Positions 47,536 to 59,823 are shown, numbered from the stretch's first letter. The stretch is 64,000 nucleotides of DNA from Candidatus Babeliales bacterium (GCA_963722075.1 CAVRJM010000001.1:149898-213897), one strand, 5' to 3'. Program-made: numbers and translations. Notes: a model not told the origin generated them from the sequence alone.

Positions 47536-49374
47536 TTATTCAATAGTCACTGACTTTGCCAAATTGCGTGGCTTATCAATATGACAACCCAAGCTGCGAG
47601 CAACACTATAAGCAAAAAACTGCATCAGGCCCGTCATAGCAAGAGGTGCTAAAAGCGGCTCAACTGGTTGAATAATAAATGCGGTATCAGCGAGTTCTAT
47701 TAATTCCTGTTGGCCTTCAAATGCAAATATAATAAGATGACCATTGCGCGCTTTAACTTCTTGTGCATTAGAAATAAGTTTTTGGTAAATAAGAATATCC
47801 AAAGAAGAAAATATAAAAATTGGTGTTTGGTTATCAATAAGAGCTATAGGGCCGTGTTTTAATTCGCCGGCAGGGTAACATTGCGTAAATACATAGGCGA
47901 TTTCTTTTAATTTTAATGCCGCTTCCATAGCAAACGGGTAACTAATATTACGTCCTAAGAAAATAAATTTTTTAAATTGAGCATACCAACCAGCTAATTG
48001 ATTAACAATTTTATCATGATAAAGCCATATGCTATTTTCAAGTACTTCAGCTGCGATAGAAAGATTTCGGTATGCGTCATCCATAGAGGTTATTATATTC
48101 TTTTCAAGCGCAATACGGTGAGCGAGCCAATACAGCGTTGTTAATTGGCATGAAAATGCTTTGGTTGAAGCAACCGCAATTTCCGGGCCAGCATTCATTA
48201 AAAGAGCGCCTCTTGTTTCGCGTATAATGCTGCTGGAGGGTACATTGGTGAGGCCAACTGTTGGCAGATTAAAAGAATTGATTAAGCGAAGCGCTTCAAG
48301 TGTATCGGCTGTTTCGCCTGATTGTGATATGCCAATATAGATGGAATTTTTTTCAGCAAAAAAAGTCATATACCTAAATTCAGAAGCCAGTACTACACGG
48401 GTGGGAATATTACAAATTTGCTCAAAAAAGAATTGAGCAATGCGTGCTGCATACCAAGAAGTGCCGCATCCAATGAGCGTAATAGATTCCATATTTTTTA
48501 CCAAATCGGCGCTCACTCCCATCTGCTGCCATATTGTTTCATGCTGTGAAGAAAGCTGTTCAAGCGTAGATTGAATGGCTGCTTTTTGTTCAAAAATTTC
48601 TTTTAACATAAAATGTTCATAACCATTTTTGTTAATAACAGACCATTGACCGGTCATTTCCTGCGCTTGCAGTGGTAATGCTTGTCCAGAAAAATCATAA
48701 AGCTGTACGGCTTGATGATCTAAAAATGCAAAACTTTTATCAGGTAAAAAAACAGTTTTATTTGTATGTTCAATAAACGCTAAATGATCAGAGGCTACAA
48801 AAGTTTCTTGGGTACCCAACCCTAAGCATAACGGCGACCCTTTACGTATAACGATCATGATATCAGGGTATTGTTGGGTGATGATAGCCAGCGCATACGC
48901 CCCTTCTAATTGCTTAATAAGCGCACGCGTTGCATCATAAAGATTAGGAATGGCTGTAATAATTGATTCAAAAAGGTGCGCTACTACTTCGGTATCTGTT
49001 TGAGAGCTGAAAACATGTCCTTCTTTAATAAGAGTATTTTTTAGCTCATGATAATTTTCAATGATACCATTGTGCACTACCGAAACCGTTTTTAAGCAGT
49101 CAAATTGCGGATGTGCATTATCTGTAGAAGCAACGCCATGGCTTGACCATCGCGTATGGCCAATCCCCACATGACCATCAATAGGAGAATCTTCAATTTT
49201 TTTAACCAAATTAGAAAGATGTCCTGCTGCCTTTTGATAAAGGATGCTATTATCTTGTGGATTTATACAAGCGAAACCAGCAGAATCATAACCGCGGTAT
49301 TCCAAACGGCCCAAGCCTTTAAGAATAGTAGCACAGCTAAAATTTTTACCTATATACCCGACCAATCCACACAT
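47536..49374 (-). CDS. glmS: glutamine--fructose-6-phosphate aminotransferase
   Basis: MCGLVGYIG with the N-terminal nucleophile Cys, two SIS domains, and a C-terminal ..LAKSVTIE. Confidence 0.96.
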   Translation of the reverse strand: MCGLVGYIGKNFSCATILKGLGRLEYRGYDSAGFACINPQDNSILYQKAAGHLSNLVKKIEDSPIDGHVGIGHTRWSSHGVASTDNAHPQFDCLKTVSVVHNGIIENYHELKNTLIKEGHVFSSQTDTEVVAHLFESIITAIPNLYDATRALIKQLEGAYALAIITQQYPDIMIVIRKGSPLCLGLGTQETFVASDHLAFIEHTNKTVFLPDKSFAFLDHQAVQLYDFSGQALPLQAQEMTGQWSVINKNGYEHFMLKEIFEQKAAIQSTLEQLSSQHETIWQQMGVSADLVKNMESITLIGCGTSWYAARIAQFFFEQICNIPTRVVLASEFRYMTFFAEKNSIYIGISQSGETADTLEALRLINSFNLPTVGLTNVPSSSIIRETRGALLMNAGPEIAVASTKAFSCQLTTLYWLAHRIALEKNIITSMDDAYRNLSIAAEVLENSIWLYHDKIVNQLAGWYAQFKKFIFLGRNISYPFAMEAALKLKEIAYVFTQCYPAGELKHGPIALIDNQTPIFIFSSLDILIYQKLISNAQEVKARNGHLIIFAFEGQQELIELADTAFIIQPVEPLLAPLAMTGLMQFFAYSVARSLGCHIDKPRNLAKSVTIE

Positions 49375-49549
49375 AATACTTCTCCTTTAGTATGTTCAGT
49401 AGTATATCCAGTCTTCGCTTGCGATGGAGTATCGTTGAGTAGGGCTGAGCTACGACGGACAATCTTCGTATCATTTCAAACCTATAGCAACGCAGTCGAT
49501 CGTAGCCGAATTTACCTTCGAAGTTTTTCTCGTGAAGGCAAAGATTGAA

Positions 49550-50008
49550 TTAACGTTTTACAAACTGGAATCGGCGACGTGCTGCTTTACGACCATATTT
49601 TTTACGTTCTTTTACGCGTGAATCGACTGTTAATAACCCGTGAGAGCGCAATAAAGAACGAGACGCTTCATCGATTTCCAGTAAGGCACGTGATATGCCA
49701 AGACGTACTGCTCCTGCTTGGCCATTAATACCGCCACCCATTACATCAGCATATGCATCATATAGAGAGGTTTTTAATGCTTTAAAAGGTTTAGTTGCAT
49801 CAAGGCGGGCAATATCAGTAGTGAAATAAGAAGAGTATTCTTTATCGTTTACTAAGATTTTACCGGTTCCTCGGCGTAACCAAACACGTGCTACTGACTT
49901 TTTACGGCGACCAACACCGTGAGCCAACGGAGCTTGTTTTTTAATCGCTTTTACTGGCGCAGTACCTGATTTAGGGGCTGCTTTAGTTGTTTTTTTTACT
50001 TTTTCCAT
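49550..50008 (-). CDS. rpsI: 30S ribosomal protein S9 (with basic N-terminal extension)
   Basis: GGGINGQAGAVRLGISRAL and C-terminal ..RKKYGRKAARRRFQFVKR. The ATG at 50008 is preferred. No rplM lies upstream. Confidence 0.93.
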   Translation of the reverse strand: MEKVKKTTKAAPKSGTAPVKAIKKQAPLAHGVGRRKKSVARVWLRRGTGKILVNDKEYSSYFTTDIARLDATKPFKALKTSLYDAYADVMGGGINGQAGAVRLGISRALLEIDEASRSLLRSHGLLTVDSRVKERKKYGRKAARRRFQFVKR

Positions 50009-50082
50009 TAGAGGTTTTGATATCCTTATTTGATAACAGTGGATTAACAATCCTTAATTATGTCAAAAAGGGGTAAAATTGT

Positions 50083-50707
50083 CAATCCGCCTTCGTTTTC
50101 TAAAAGTATTACTTCTAAGTAAAGAAAACTACGGCGGGATAAATCCGCTCCCTGTCATCCCGAGCTTTCCGTCGTCACCAAGGTTATGCCGGACACCGGC
50201 GTGGGGACTGCGTCCGCCGTAGCTTGCCAAGCCTGTAGGCGTGGATAAGCGTAGGCTGGATCCATTAATAAAAATTATAATCCTATTTTGCAAGTAAGGT
50301 ATTTTTCTCGCCAAAAATACCTTAACTAAAAGGGGGCCACCATGCTGGTGGATCCGTCTTCGCTAAGGCTTCGCCGAGACAGGATGCTCTCCCACGCGTA
50401 TATACACCACTTCAATGTTAATGCTGCGCATTAAATTTTCGGGTGTACGACGCGTTACCGGATTTTAATTTTATACATTTCCTCGTCATCTTGAGGGAGT
50501 AGAGCGACCGTAAAGATCCAGTGGATAATATAAAGAGTCATTTAAAATTGGCGTTACCCAAGGCGAAGTACGCCTACGCTTTCTATAAGTTTTATTATGG
50601 GGTAAAGAAAGCTTCGGACGGGACAGCCTACGCCTATCACTTTTCTCATATAATTTATATAGATCATTAAAAAAACTGGCTTGCCCAGCCGTAGCCTTGG
50701 CGTAGGC
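50083..50707. repeat. 620-bp block made almost entirely of GC-rich mosaic repeats
   Basis: At least 7 recognisable modules are present. They include E1 (50148-50245), ..gctggatccattaataaa, aaattttcgggtgtacgacgcgttaccgg (50433) and a GTCAT hairpin (50485-50521). Also present are ..ggcgaagtacgcctacgc.. and cccagccgtagccttggcgtaggctgg, which abuts the tRNA-Thr 3' end. Confidence 0.88.
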
Positions 50708-50782
50708 TGGAGCCGATGATCGGACTTGAACCGACGACCTATTGATTACGAATCAATTGCTCTACCACTGAGCTACATCGGC
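50708..50782 (-). tRNA. tRNA-Thr (anticodon CGT), CCA encoded
   Basis: The reverse complement is GCCGATGTAGCTCAGTGGTAGAGCAATTGATTCGTAATCAATAGGTCGTCGGTTCAAGTCCGATCATCGGCTCCA. It folds as a cloverleaf with anticodon loop TTCGTAA. Confidence 0.92.
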
Positions 50783-50827
50783 GTTTGCTGCTTGTAGGAT
50801 AACAAAAATGAAAATAAAAGTATAAAA

Positions 50828-51205
50828 CTATGCAGCTTCTTTAGCCGATTCTTCAATACGTTCTTGGCATTTAAGACAGCGGGTTGCATTAGGGTATAAT
50901 TTCAAGCGTTTTTCTGAAATTGGTTGATTACAATCAACACAAATACCATATGACCCTTCAGCGATCATTTCTAATGCTTTAAGAATGCGATTATACTCGT
51001 CCAGTTCAGCGTCTTGCAGAGAAATTTTAAGTGTTTCCATAGAAGAAGACGATGCTTGATCACCAATATCCTGTACTTCACCGGGGTTATCCGTTTTATA
51101 CAGTTCGCCCAGTTCTTGATCCAGTTCTTTTTTACGTGTTAATAATTTAGCTTTTATTGCAGATAAGTTTATGCCTTCTCTAATTATTTTTTTTTCCTCG
51201 CTCAC
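50828..51205 (-). CDS. dksA: DksA/TraR-family C4 zinc-finger regulator
   Basis: Coiled-coil N-terminal part and CVDCNQPISEKRLKLYPNATRCLKCQ. Confidence 0.85.
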   Translation of the reverse strand: MSEEKKIIREGINLSAIKAKLLTRKKELDQELGELYKTDNPGEVQDIGDQASSSSMETLKISLQDAELDEYNRILKALEMIAEGSYGICVDCNQPISEKRLKLYPNATRCLKCQERIEESAKEAA

Positions 51206-51655
51206 TCGAGATCCTTCTTTCTTTGAAAAATTTTTTTAATAAGGTTGCTGATTCCTGAAGGCAGATTCCTGAAATAATTTCTAAAGTATTTCTTCTATAT
51301 ACCTGAAGAGGGCCTTGGTTGTCAAGTTTGTAACCAAATAAAGGAGAAGAAGCACCAAAAACTACCCCACGTAATCTGCTTAGTAATATTAAATTCATAC
51401 ACATGGCGCATGGTTCCAAGGTAACATAGAGCCAGCATCCCTCAAGGCGCCAATCTTTTTGGAAGGCGCATGCTTTAGTAATTGCTCGTATTTCTGCATG
51501 GGCTACTTGCTGTTTTTTTTCTCTACCTGATTATAGCCGCGACCAATAATAGTGCCGGTAGAATTCACTACTAGTGCTCCAATAGGAACCTCATTTTGCT
51601 TATAGGCGCGCCGTGCTTGGGCAAGGGCCTGTTTCATATATAATTCATGATTCAT
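51180..51655 (-). pseudogene. tadA: tRNA-specific adenosine deaminase TadA, interrupted by a frameshift in an A8 tract
   Basis: The N-part (51503-51655) reads MNHELYMKQALAQARRAYKQNEVPIGALVV..GYNQVEKK. After the A8 run (T8 on + at 51513-51520), the frame with QQVAHAEIRAI..LYVTLEPCAMC.. (HAE and PCxxC zinc motifs) continues to 51180. One extra A (A9) would make a single ~158-aa ORF. Confidence 0.85.
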
Positions 51656-53438
51656 CGGTACCCTGCAGAAATCTAATAAGATCTTCAGAGGCATGAGGGG
51701 TAATATAATCTGATGCAGTTCTTCCTTGGTGATCTTTCATCGTTTTATCAGCGCCATTATTAACGAGTAATATTACTGCATTAGTATTATTACGACCTAC
51801 TACTATCATAAGCGGGGTAATGCCTTGATTATCTGGTGAATTAATAAGTTTTGTAAGTTGGTGAGGGTAGGTCGTGTGTAGTAGCAATTTTAAGCAATCA
51901 AAATTGTGTTTCGCGGCAAAATGGATAGCATTGCGTCCCTTATTATCAGTTAAAAATATATCGGCTTTAAAGTCGTGAATTAATGTTGATGCCACTGGAA
52001 ATAGATTATGCTTAATGGCCTGATGTAAGGGTGTACGCCCTTTATTGTTTTTCTTATCAAGAAATGAACGATGTTGATCAACAAGCTTTTCTAGTAATTG
52101 AGGGCAATAAATTGCAAAGTGTATAATTGCATCACCTCTATTAGTGACATGAGTGGTATCGGAATTGGGTAATAATTTTAAAGATAACTCGCTATCATTA
52201 TCACGAAGTGCGTTCATGAGCGCGGTTTCACCAGTATCATCACATTGGTTGATGATATTTGGATAGCGGCATAATGTATCAATTGTGGTAGGATCTTTAT
52301 GGCAGGTTGCGTACCATAAAACGGACCTTTTTTGAGAATCAAGGATGGCTGGATTAGCGCGTTTAGCAAGTAATCTATTAAAAGTTTCTGGAGAGATACC
52401 AGATTTAACGCATAATTGTAATAAGGTACATTTTCGATTCTCACAAAAAAAATATATATCATACGCATCATTTATATGGGCCCACCAACTATCATCAACT
52501 AAATGTATGTTGTTAGTTATAACAGCTAATAATAAAAATAACTTATTTTTTTGAGCAATGGTCAATTTCGGTGTGTCTGTTAGTAACTTATCATATGCTC
52601 CGTCTTCAACTTGTTCAACCAGTTCTTCATATGCTCCAATTCTAACGTGCCCCTGCGGAGCATGATAGTTTGTTGGTAATTCGGTGACTCTATCTTTAAA
52701 TTGGATTTCCGCCTGCGCAACCATATAGTCCGTTGCTAATTCTGGAGCATGATTAAGTATTAGTTCTAATAAATGAGTATTACGATTAGTAGCATTTACT
52801 TTTTGCCATAAATATTTCTTGGTAATAATGTTAATTAATAAGCTTGCAAGTTTTTTACAATCATATATAAGCGCATTATGTAACGGGGTCATACCGTTCT
52901 TATCTGGTGTTACTATATCTAAATATCCTGCATTGCGCGGTAATTTCTTGCGATCACAAAGTAGTAATAGTTCCGTTGCTACCTTAGGATCTCCATTACA
53001 AATAAGCGCATTAAGGGGCGTTTGCCCAGCTGTATTAGTAGCTTCTAAATTACAGCGATAATTTTTTAATCTATTATGTAATGATGCTATGGTTCTTGAT
53101 CGGTGAATAAAAAAATCCGGCTTACATTCGCCTGATTCTAAAAATGTAGCAAAGTCAACATGAGCTTTTAAGAGGCTCTCATAATCTTCATTTTGAAGTA
53201 ATGGTTCAATTTCTTTATGGGTTAACTTTTTATTTTCCAGTGCATGTAATATGCCATCTATGGCTAAGGTAATTAAGGAAGGTAGCTGGTAGGTATCGTG
53301 TAAGGGTTCTACCGGTTCTAATATAGTAGGGTCAATATCCATTATAGTAGGATTAACATTCATTGTAGTATGTTCCATATCCATGGCGGCTATAATGCTC
53401 GTGCAAAAAAGTGAGAATAAAAGAATATTTTTTTTCAT
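51645..53438 (-). CDS. ankyrin-repeat protein, secreted
   Basis: MKKNILLFSLFCTSIIAA|MDME, then many ANK units (GQTPLNALICNG, GMTPLHNALIYD, GETALMNALRDN, GRTPLHQAIKHN, GRNAIHFAAKHN, GITPLMIVVGRNN..LLVNNGADK). Confidence 0.88.
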   Translation of the reverse strand: MKKNILLFSLFCTSIIAAMDMEHTTMNVNPTIMDIDPTILEPVEPLHDTYQLPSLITLAIDGILHALENKKLTHKEIEPLLQNEDYESLLKAHVDFATFLESGECKPDFFIHRSRTIASLHNRLKNYRCNLEATNTAGQTPLNALICNGDPKVATELLLLCDRKKLPRNAGYLDIVTPDKNGMTPLHNALIYDCKKLASLLINIITKKYLWQKVNATNRNTHLLELILNHAPELATDYMVAQAEIQFKDRVTELPTNYHAPQGHVRIGAYEELVEQVEDGAYDKLLTDTPKLTIAQKNKLFLLLAVITNNIHLVDDSWWAHINDAYDIYFFCENRKCTLLQLCVKSGISPETFNRLLAKRANPAILDSQKRSVLWYATCHKDPTTIDTLCRYPNIINQCDDTGETALMNALRDNDSELSLKLLPNSDTTHVTNRGDAIIHFAIYCPQLLEKLVDQHRSFLDKKNNKGRTPLHQAIKHNLFPVASTLIHDFKADIFLTDNKGRNAIHFAAKHNFDCLKLLLHTTYPHQLTKLINSPDNQGITPLMIVVGRNNTNAVILLVNNGADKTMKDHQGRTASDYITPHASEDLIRFLQGTDES

Positions 53439-53589
53439 AAAAGGCCTTTTTATAATACATGATTAACAACAGCATAGTATCACATATTATTTCAATTAGC
53501 AAATAATGCAAAAAGGTGGTTTTTACCAAGGCGTTATAGGAAAATACCTATTTTTAGGGTATACTAACTATGGTATGCTCAGTGCATAA

Positions 53590-56061
<2,472 letters not shown>

Positions 56062-56066
56062 CTTTT

Positions 56067-56275
56067 TGTCATCCCGATCCAACCTTCGCCTGAGAGATTT
56101 GGGCGGACATGGCTTGTGAATCAATCCATTAATAAAAATCCCCTGTCATCCCGATCCGCCGCCGCCAAAGGCTAAGGTGGGATAAAAGCGCTTGTCCCGT
56201 CGAAGTTGTTTACTCCGCCATAGCTTTTTTAGCTACGGCTGGATTAACGTAGACGGATGGGGATCCATTAATTAA
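56067..56275. repeat. cluster of GC-rich mosaic repeats
   Basis: gtcatcccgatccaaccttcgcc.., ..caatccattaataaaaatcc, and the 16131-type element (56147-56270), which carries an internal insertion (ttgtttactccgccatagcttttttagctacggctgg). Confidence 0.88.
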
Positions 56276-56343
56276 TAAAGGCCATAGTTATGGTCATTCT
56301 AAACAGAAGTAACCTAACAACCTACTAAAAAGAAGTTTAATAG

Positions 56344-57084
56344 ATGAAATATTTATTTATTAAAAAAATAATAAGCACCGTTATGATATCCATTTTTAGT
56401 GGGCTTTTATATAGTATGGATAGGCCAGATGATCTAGAGGGTGGATCTATTCAAGTAGATTTGGCCAATATTTCTTTATTTAGTCATATTTATAATGCAG
56501 ATGAGGTCAGTGTACTTGATCGTGAAAGTTTAAAGGAAGATCTAGAGCAAAAAAAGCTGAAAACCGTTTCCATTCTTCTTGAAATGTGTTACAGATGTCG
56601 CGTTGATCTTTGTGACGGTGATTTATTCCAGAACAGCTTTTTTTTCCCACAATGGGCATGGGAAGAAGAATATCCGGAAGGCTTAATAAAAATACATGCC
56701 ATTTGGCAGTTGCTACGAAGTGATTATGAAATACAACGCGATATCGGAAAAATTACATTTTTAAATCTTATCGAAAGTCTTAATTCTACTTCACAAGAAA
56801 TAATATTGAAACAATTAAATTCTTACAAAATGTCCAAAGAAAGACTTTTTATTAATGTGTGTCTAACGCTAATGCCTTTTTCTGTAATAGGATTAATTGG
56901 CTATTACGAAAATGAAAACGATTTGTGGAAAAACAAATCTTTTAAATTAGTGATAGGGCTTGGGGGTGTTGCTGCTCTTTTATATGGCTCGATAAAAGTT
57001 GGCTGCTCAACTCAAGATTATAGGTGGTGGCAATCAGCCAAGCGGTTTCAGAAGGCAGTAGCTATCTGTGAACAATCTTCTTAG
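56344..57084 (+). CDS. secreted/membrane protein, paralog of 59025..59714
   Basis: N-terminus ..ISIFSGLLYS|MDRP; a shared block FLNLIESLN..IILKQLNSY; two C-terminal TM helices; YRWWQS; Cys-containing tail AVAICEQS. Confidence 0.65.
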   Translation: MKYLFIKKIISTVMISIFSGLLYSMDRPDDLEGGSIQVDLANISLFSHIYNADEVSVLDRESLKEDLEQKKLKTVSILLEMCYRCRVDLCDGDLFQNSFFFPQWAWEEEYPEGLIKIHAIWQLLRSDYEIQRDIGKITFLNLIESLNSTSQEIILKQLNSYKMSKERLFINVCLTLMPFSVIGLIGYYENENDLWKNKSFKLVIGLGGVAALLYGSIKVGCSTQDYRWWQSAKRFQKAVAICEQSS

Positions 57085-57204
57085 TTTCTTGAAAAAAGCA
57101 CTTCTTGTAAATATTTTCAAATAGAAATATACAACATTCTATTGGTTGTAAATTCATAAAGTTTATGTATACTAAATAATACAAATATTAATAATGGAGT
57201 AATA

Positions 57205-58467
57205 ATGCATTATAAAAAGCTTTTTTTATTATTCTTGTTGATTGGTATACCGTTAACAAGTAATGCTAGGCTTAAGACAGCATTGTTAAATTCGATCTTA
57301 ACGAATAAATTTCATCGGCGGCTTGAGGATGTTGGCTTTGGGGGGACATGGGCTTTATTAGCAATGGGTGGTTTTCATGCAGCTGAAACAATGTGGTGGG
57401 ATAAGAAACCACTTAGTAAACACAATCTTATACTACCGATTGCAGGAATTGTTACTATGATAGGAACGATGGGTTTATCTACTTATTTACAAATTAAATC
57501 AAGAAGTTGGAATCCCTTTCAAGAAGAGCTTAATGCCGCAACTAATAATTATGAGAATAAGAAAAAGGATCTTATCAAAAAACTATATGAAGTAGAGCTA
57601 AATAAAGAAAAAGAAATAGTTGAGCGGTTGAATGAGTTAGAAACTGATTTAGATAAAAAAATAATAGAAGCACTAGATAATAACCATAATTATAAATCAT
57701 TTTTCCTTTCCAGGAGCATGGGAACAGACCGATACCAAAACATACAAGAATTATTATTTAGTCGTAATCCACGGCCAAATATTCTTATTCATCTTTGTAG
57801 GTATGGATTTAAACTCACCACTCACGAATTTCAAACAATACTGAATGAATGGCCCTTAACTGATGCTAACTATCTATTTAAAAAAATGAGTAAGTTAAAA
57901 AAAAATGGTCTTTACACACAAAATAAATGCAAAATTGTCGGATTGTCTGACTATTCTGATTGGTTGGAGCTCTGGGCAGATTATGCAAATAATTCAAATA
58001 ACCTATATCGTAATATAAAACTTTTTGAACGGTTAAATAAGTATGGTACTTGTATGGATTTAACAGAAGTAGTTATTTATTGTGTTAGAAAAAACTATTT
58101 TAATGTTATTGATTGTTTAAAAAAACAATTTGGTATTGATTTGAATAAAGGAAATAAATATGGGGAAACGCCACTTGAAACTGCTACTTTAGCTAATAAT
58201 ATAGTGATGGTTAAATACCTAATAGAGCAAGGTGCATCTGTGGTGAATGCGAAAACTAAAGGGTTATTATGGTTTGCTAAGAGATTTCCCGACCGCTTAA
58301 TTTATGATTATCTAAAAAGCAAATTGAGAGACCAACTAGTTGATAATTTTAAAATTATATTGGGCAATGGTTATACCAATAGATATGAATACAGAACTGG
58401 CTCTATTCCTACAGAATTGCCTGATGAACTTATACAACATATTGCCGACTATGCAGTAAAAAAATAA
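57205..58467 (+). CDS. membrane-anchored coiled-coil protein with at least one ankyrin repeat
   Basis: An N-terminal signal/TM plus two TM helices, a K/E-rich coiled coil (KKKDLIKKLYEVELNKEKEIVERLNELE), and an ANK unit GETPLETATLANNIVMVKYLIEQGASV. Confidence 0.65.
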   Translation: MHYKKLFLLFLLIGIPLTSNARLKTALLNSILTNKFHRRLEDVGFGGTWALLAMGGFHAAETMWWDKKPLSKHNLILPIAGIVTMIGTMGLSTYLQIKSRSWNPFQEELNAATNNYENKKKDLIKKLYEVELNKEKEIVERLNELETDLDKKIIEALDNNHNYKSFFLSRSMGTDRYQNIQELLFSRNPRPNILIHLCRYGFKLTTHEFQTILNEWPLTDANYLFKKMSKLKKNGLYTQNKCKIVGLSDYSDWLELWADYANNSNNLYRNIKLFERLNKYGTCMDLTEVVIYCVRKNYFNVIDCLKKQFGIDLNKGNKYGETPLETATLANNIVMVKYLIEQGASVVNAKTKGLLWFAKRFPDRLIYDYLKSKLRDQLVDNFKIILGNGYTNRYEYRTGSIPTELPDELIQHIADYAVKK

Positions 58468-58498
58468 ATTGATGAATACTTAAAATGAGGAAATCAAA

Positions 58499-59005
58499 AT
58501 GGAATTATATAAAAAATTGATATTGCTTATGGGTATTATAGTGGTAATGCCTTGTGTATTTGCAATGGAGCATGAAGATGACCCAGAATTAGCGGAAGCA
58601 ATGAAGCGGTCATTACTTGGGCAAAATCAATACCTGCCAAGTGCGCCCCCAATGCATGGAGTTCAAAATAGTGAAATAGCAGATCGAAATTTAGCAATAG
58701 AACTTACCTACTCATGGAATAATTCTGAAGGCAATGGAAAAGAAAGAACGGGTAATGATGATTCTCAAAATTATGCAGGTTCTTCACGTTCACGTGGTAC
58801 AAATAGACCGGTTGATTCCACTAATTTTAATTTTGCTGCCCGTCATGCTGCACTTACCGAGTTTAAAAACAAACCATGTAATAATTGTTTTTATAGGCAA
58901 AATCTACCTTGGTACAAAAAATATTTTCTTCCACTTATTAGTAGTGCAGCACTTTTTGGTGCGGGTAGTTTATTTACCTACGCATTGATGAAGTGGACTC
59001 GATAA
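58499..59005 (+). CDS. secreted low-complexity protein with C-terminal TM anchor
   Basis: MELYKKLILLMGIIVVMPCVFA|MEHE; a polar Ser/Asn/Gly-rich middle region; C-terminal TM YFLPLISSAALFGAGSLFTYALMKW. Confidence 0.6.
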   Translation: MELYKKLILLMGIIVVMPCVFAMEHEDDPELAEAMKRSLLGQNQYLPSAPPMHGVQNSEIADRNLAIELTYSWNNSEGNGKERTGNDDSQNYAGSSRSRGTNRPVDSTNFNFAARHAALTEFKNKPCNNCFYRQNLPWYKKYFLPLISSAALFGAGSLFTYALMKWTR

Positions 59006-59024
59006 TGATTCTCCTTCAGTAATA

Positions 59025-59714
59025 ATGGTTTTTATGAAGAAGTATATTTCTTATCTACTTTTTGCTTTTTCTATTTTAAGTTTATTTATGAGTACTGCTT
59101 CATTACTGCATGCTATGGATAGTGATTCAGAATGGTGGCAAGAAAATGAAAAGCAACAAGCAATTATCACGCTGGTAAGTACCATAGCAAAAATGGGATA
59201 TATTTATCAAAAATTAGATATTCAAAATATCGAATTTCCCGTTTACATACCGGAGGTTACCGGAAGATATGATTTATGGTGTAATAATTATGATTCTCCT
59301 AATCCTTTTGAGAATTCTCATTGGGATAAATACTGTCCTGGTGGGTATGATCAATGTTCTGCTGCAGTAGATCAATTAAAGAAACGTTTACCAGAAAATA
59401 CATTACTTTCTCTTATTGCAAAACTAACGCCATTAAATAAAAAAATACTCTTGAAGGATTTGCAACAATATAATCCAAACCCTTCTTTATATTGGCGTAT
59501 TGCAGGTACAAGTGCATCGGCAGTGTTGTCGGTAGGTAGTGCGGCTCTTACGTATACATTTCCTGATTTAAAATATGCTGGTATTGCTGGCATGGTGCTG
59601 GGTGGAATTGGTACTTTAGTAGGAGCATGTTTTGTAAAAACTAGTTTTAGTGAGCGGCAATGGTGGCGGCGATGTCCTAATTGCCATGAAGCAATTAGAC
59701 TTTGCAAAGAATAG
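59025..59714 (+). CDS. secreted/membrane protein, paralog of 56344..57084
   Basis: ..FSILSLFMSTASLLHA|MDSD; LLSLIAKLT..ILLKDLQQY; two TM helices; RQWWRR; Cys tail CPNCHEAIRLCKE. Confidence 0.65.
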   Translation: MVFMKKYISYLLFAFSILSLFMSTASLLHAMDSDSEWWQENEKQQAIITLVSTIAKMGYIYQKLDIQNIEFPVYIPEVTGRYDLWCNNYDSPNPFENSHWDKYCPGGYDQCSAAVDQLKKRLPENTLLSLIAKLTPLNKKILLKDLQQYNPNPSLYWRIAGTSASAVLSVGSAALTYTFPDLKYAGIAGMVLGGIGTLVGACFVKTSFSERQWWRRCPNCHEAIRLCKE

Positions 59715-59823
59715 TAAAAACAATCTCAATGGTTTCAAAACTTCGATGGTATTCTTGACGTAAGTAAAACCTTTTATAAAACAACCCAGTCTATTAAGAA
59801 AAAAATGACAGCTATGGTAATAC

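Noticed and set aside
49375-49549. Possible glmS ribozyme in the 175-nt leader upstream of glmS.
   Set aside because: Reading the minus strand, I cannot find the conserved glmS ribozyme core elements (AGCGCC.., GACGAGG, CGGCGGAUGCC-type segments). The leader instead contains weak copies of the GC-rich repeat modules. An Infernal scan would be the decisive test.
50129-50314. Short ORFs lying inside repeat clusters (50129..50314, 60085..60312, 60149..60334, 60407..60589, 22705..22977, 18733..18924, 49156..49548).
   Set aside because: Their open frames are produced by GC-rich repeat modules that occur in both orientations and in all frames elsewhere. Peptides such as LDCFDKLATT recur only because the DNA repeat recurs.
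50083-50707. CRISPR-like appearance of alternating GC-rich repeats and AT-rich spacers (also at 59824-60432 and 47291-47531).
   Set aside because: The repeats are heterogeneous modules in mixed orientation with irregular lengths and spacing. There is no unit direct repeat of 24-48 nt, and no cas genes are present in the window.
58405-58464. F-box-like motif LPDELIQHIADY at the extreme C-terminus of the ANK/coiled-coil protein.
   Set aside because: Only ~12 residues match the first helix of an F-box and the protein ends 7 aa later. A functional F-box needs ~40-50 aa, so this is probably a chance match.
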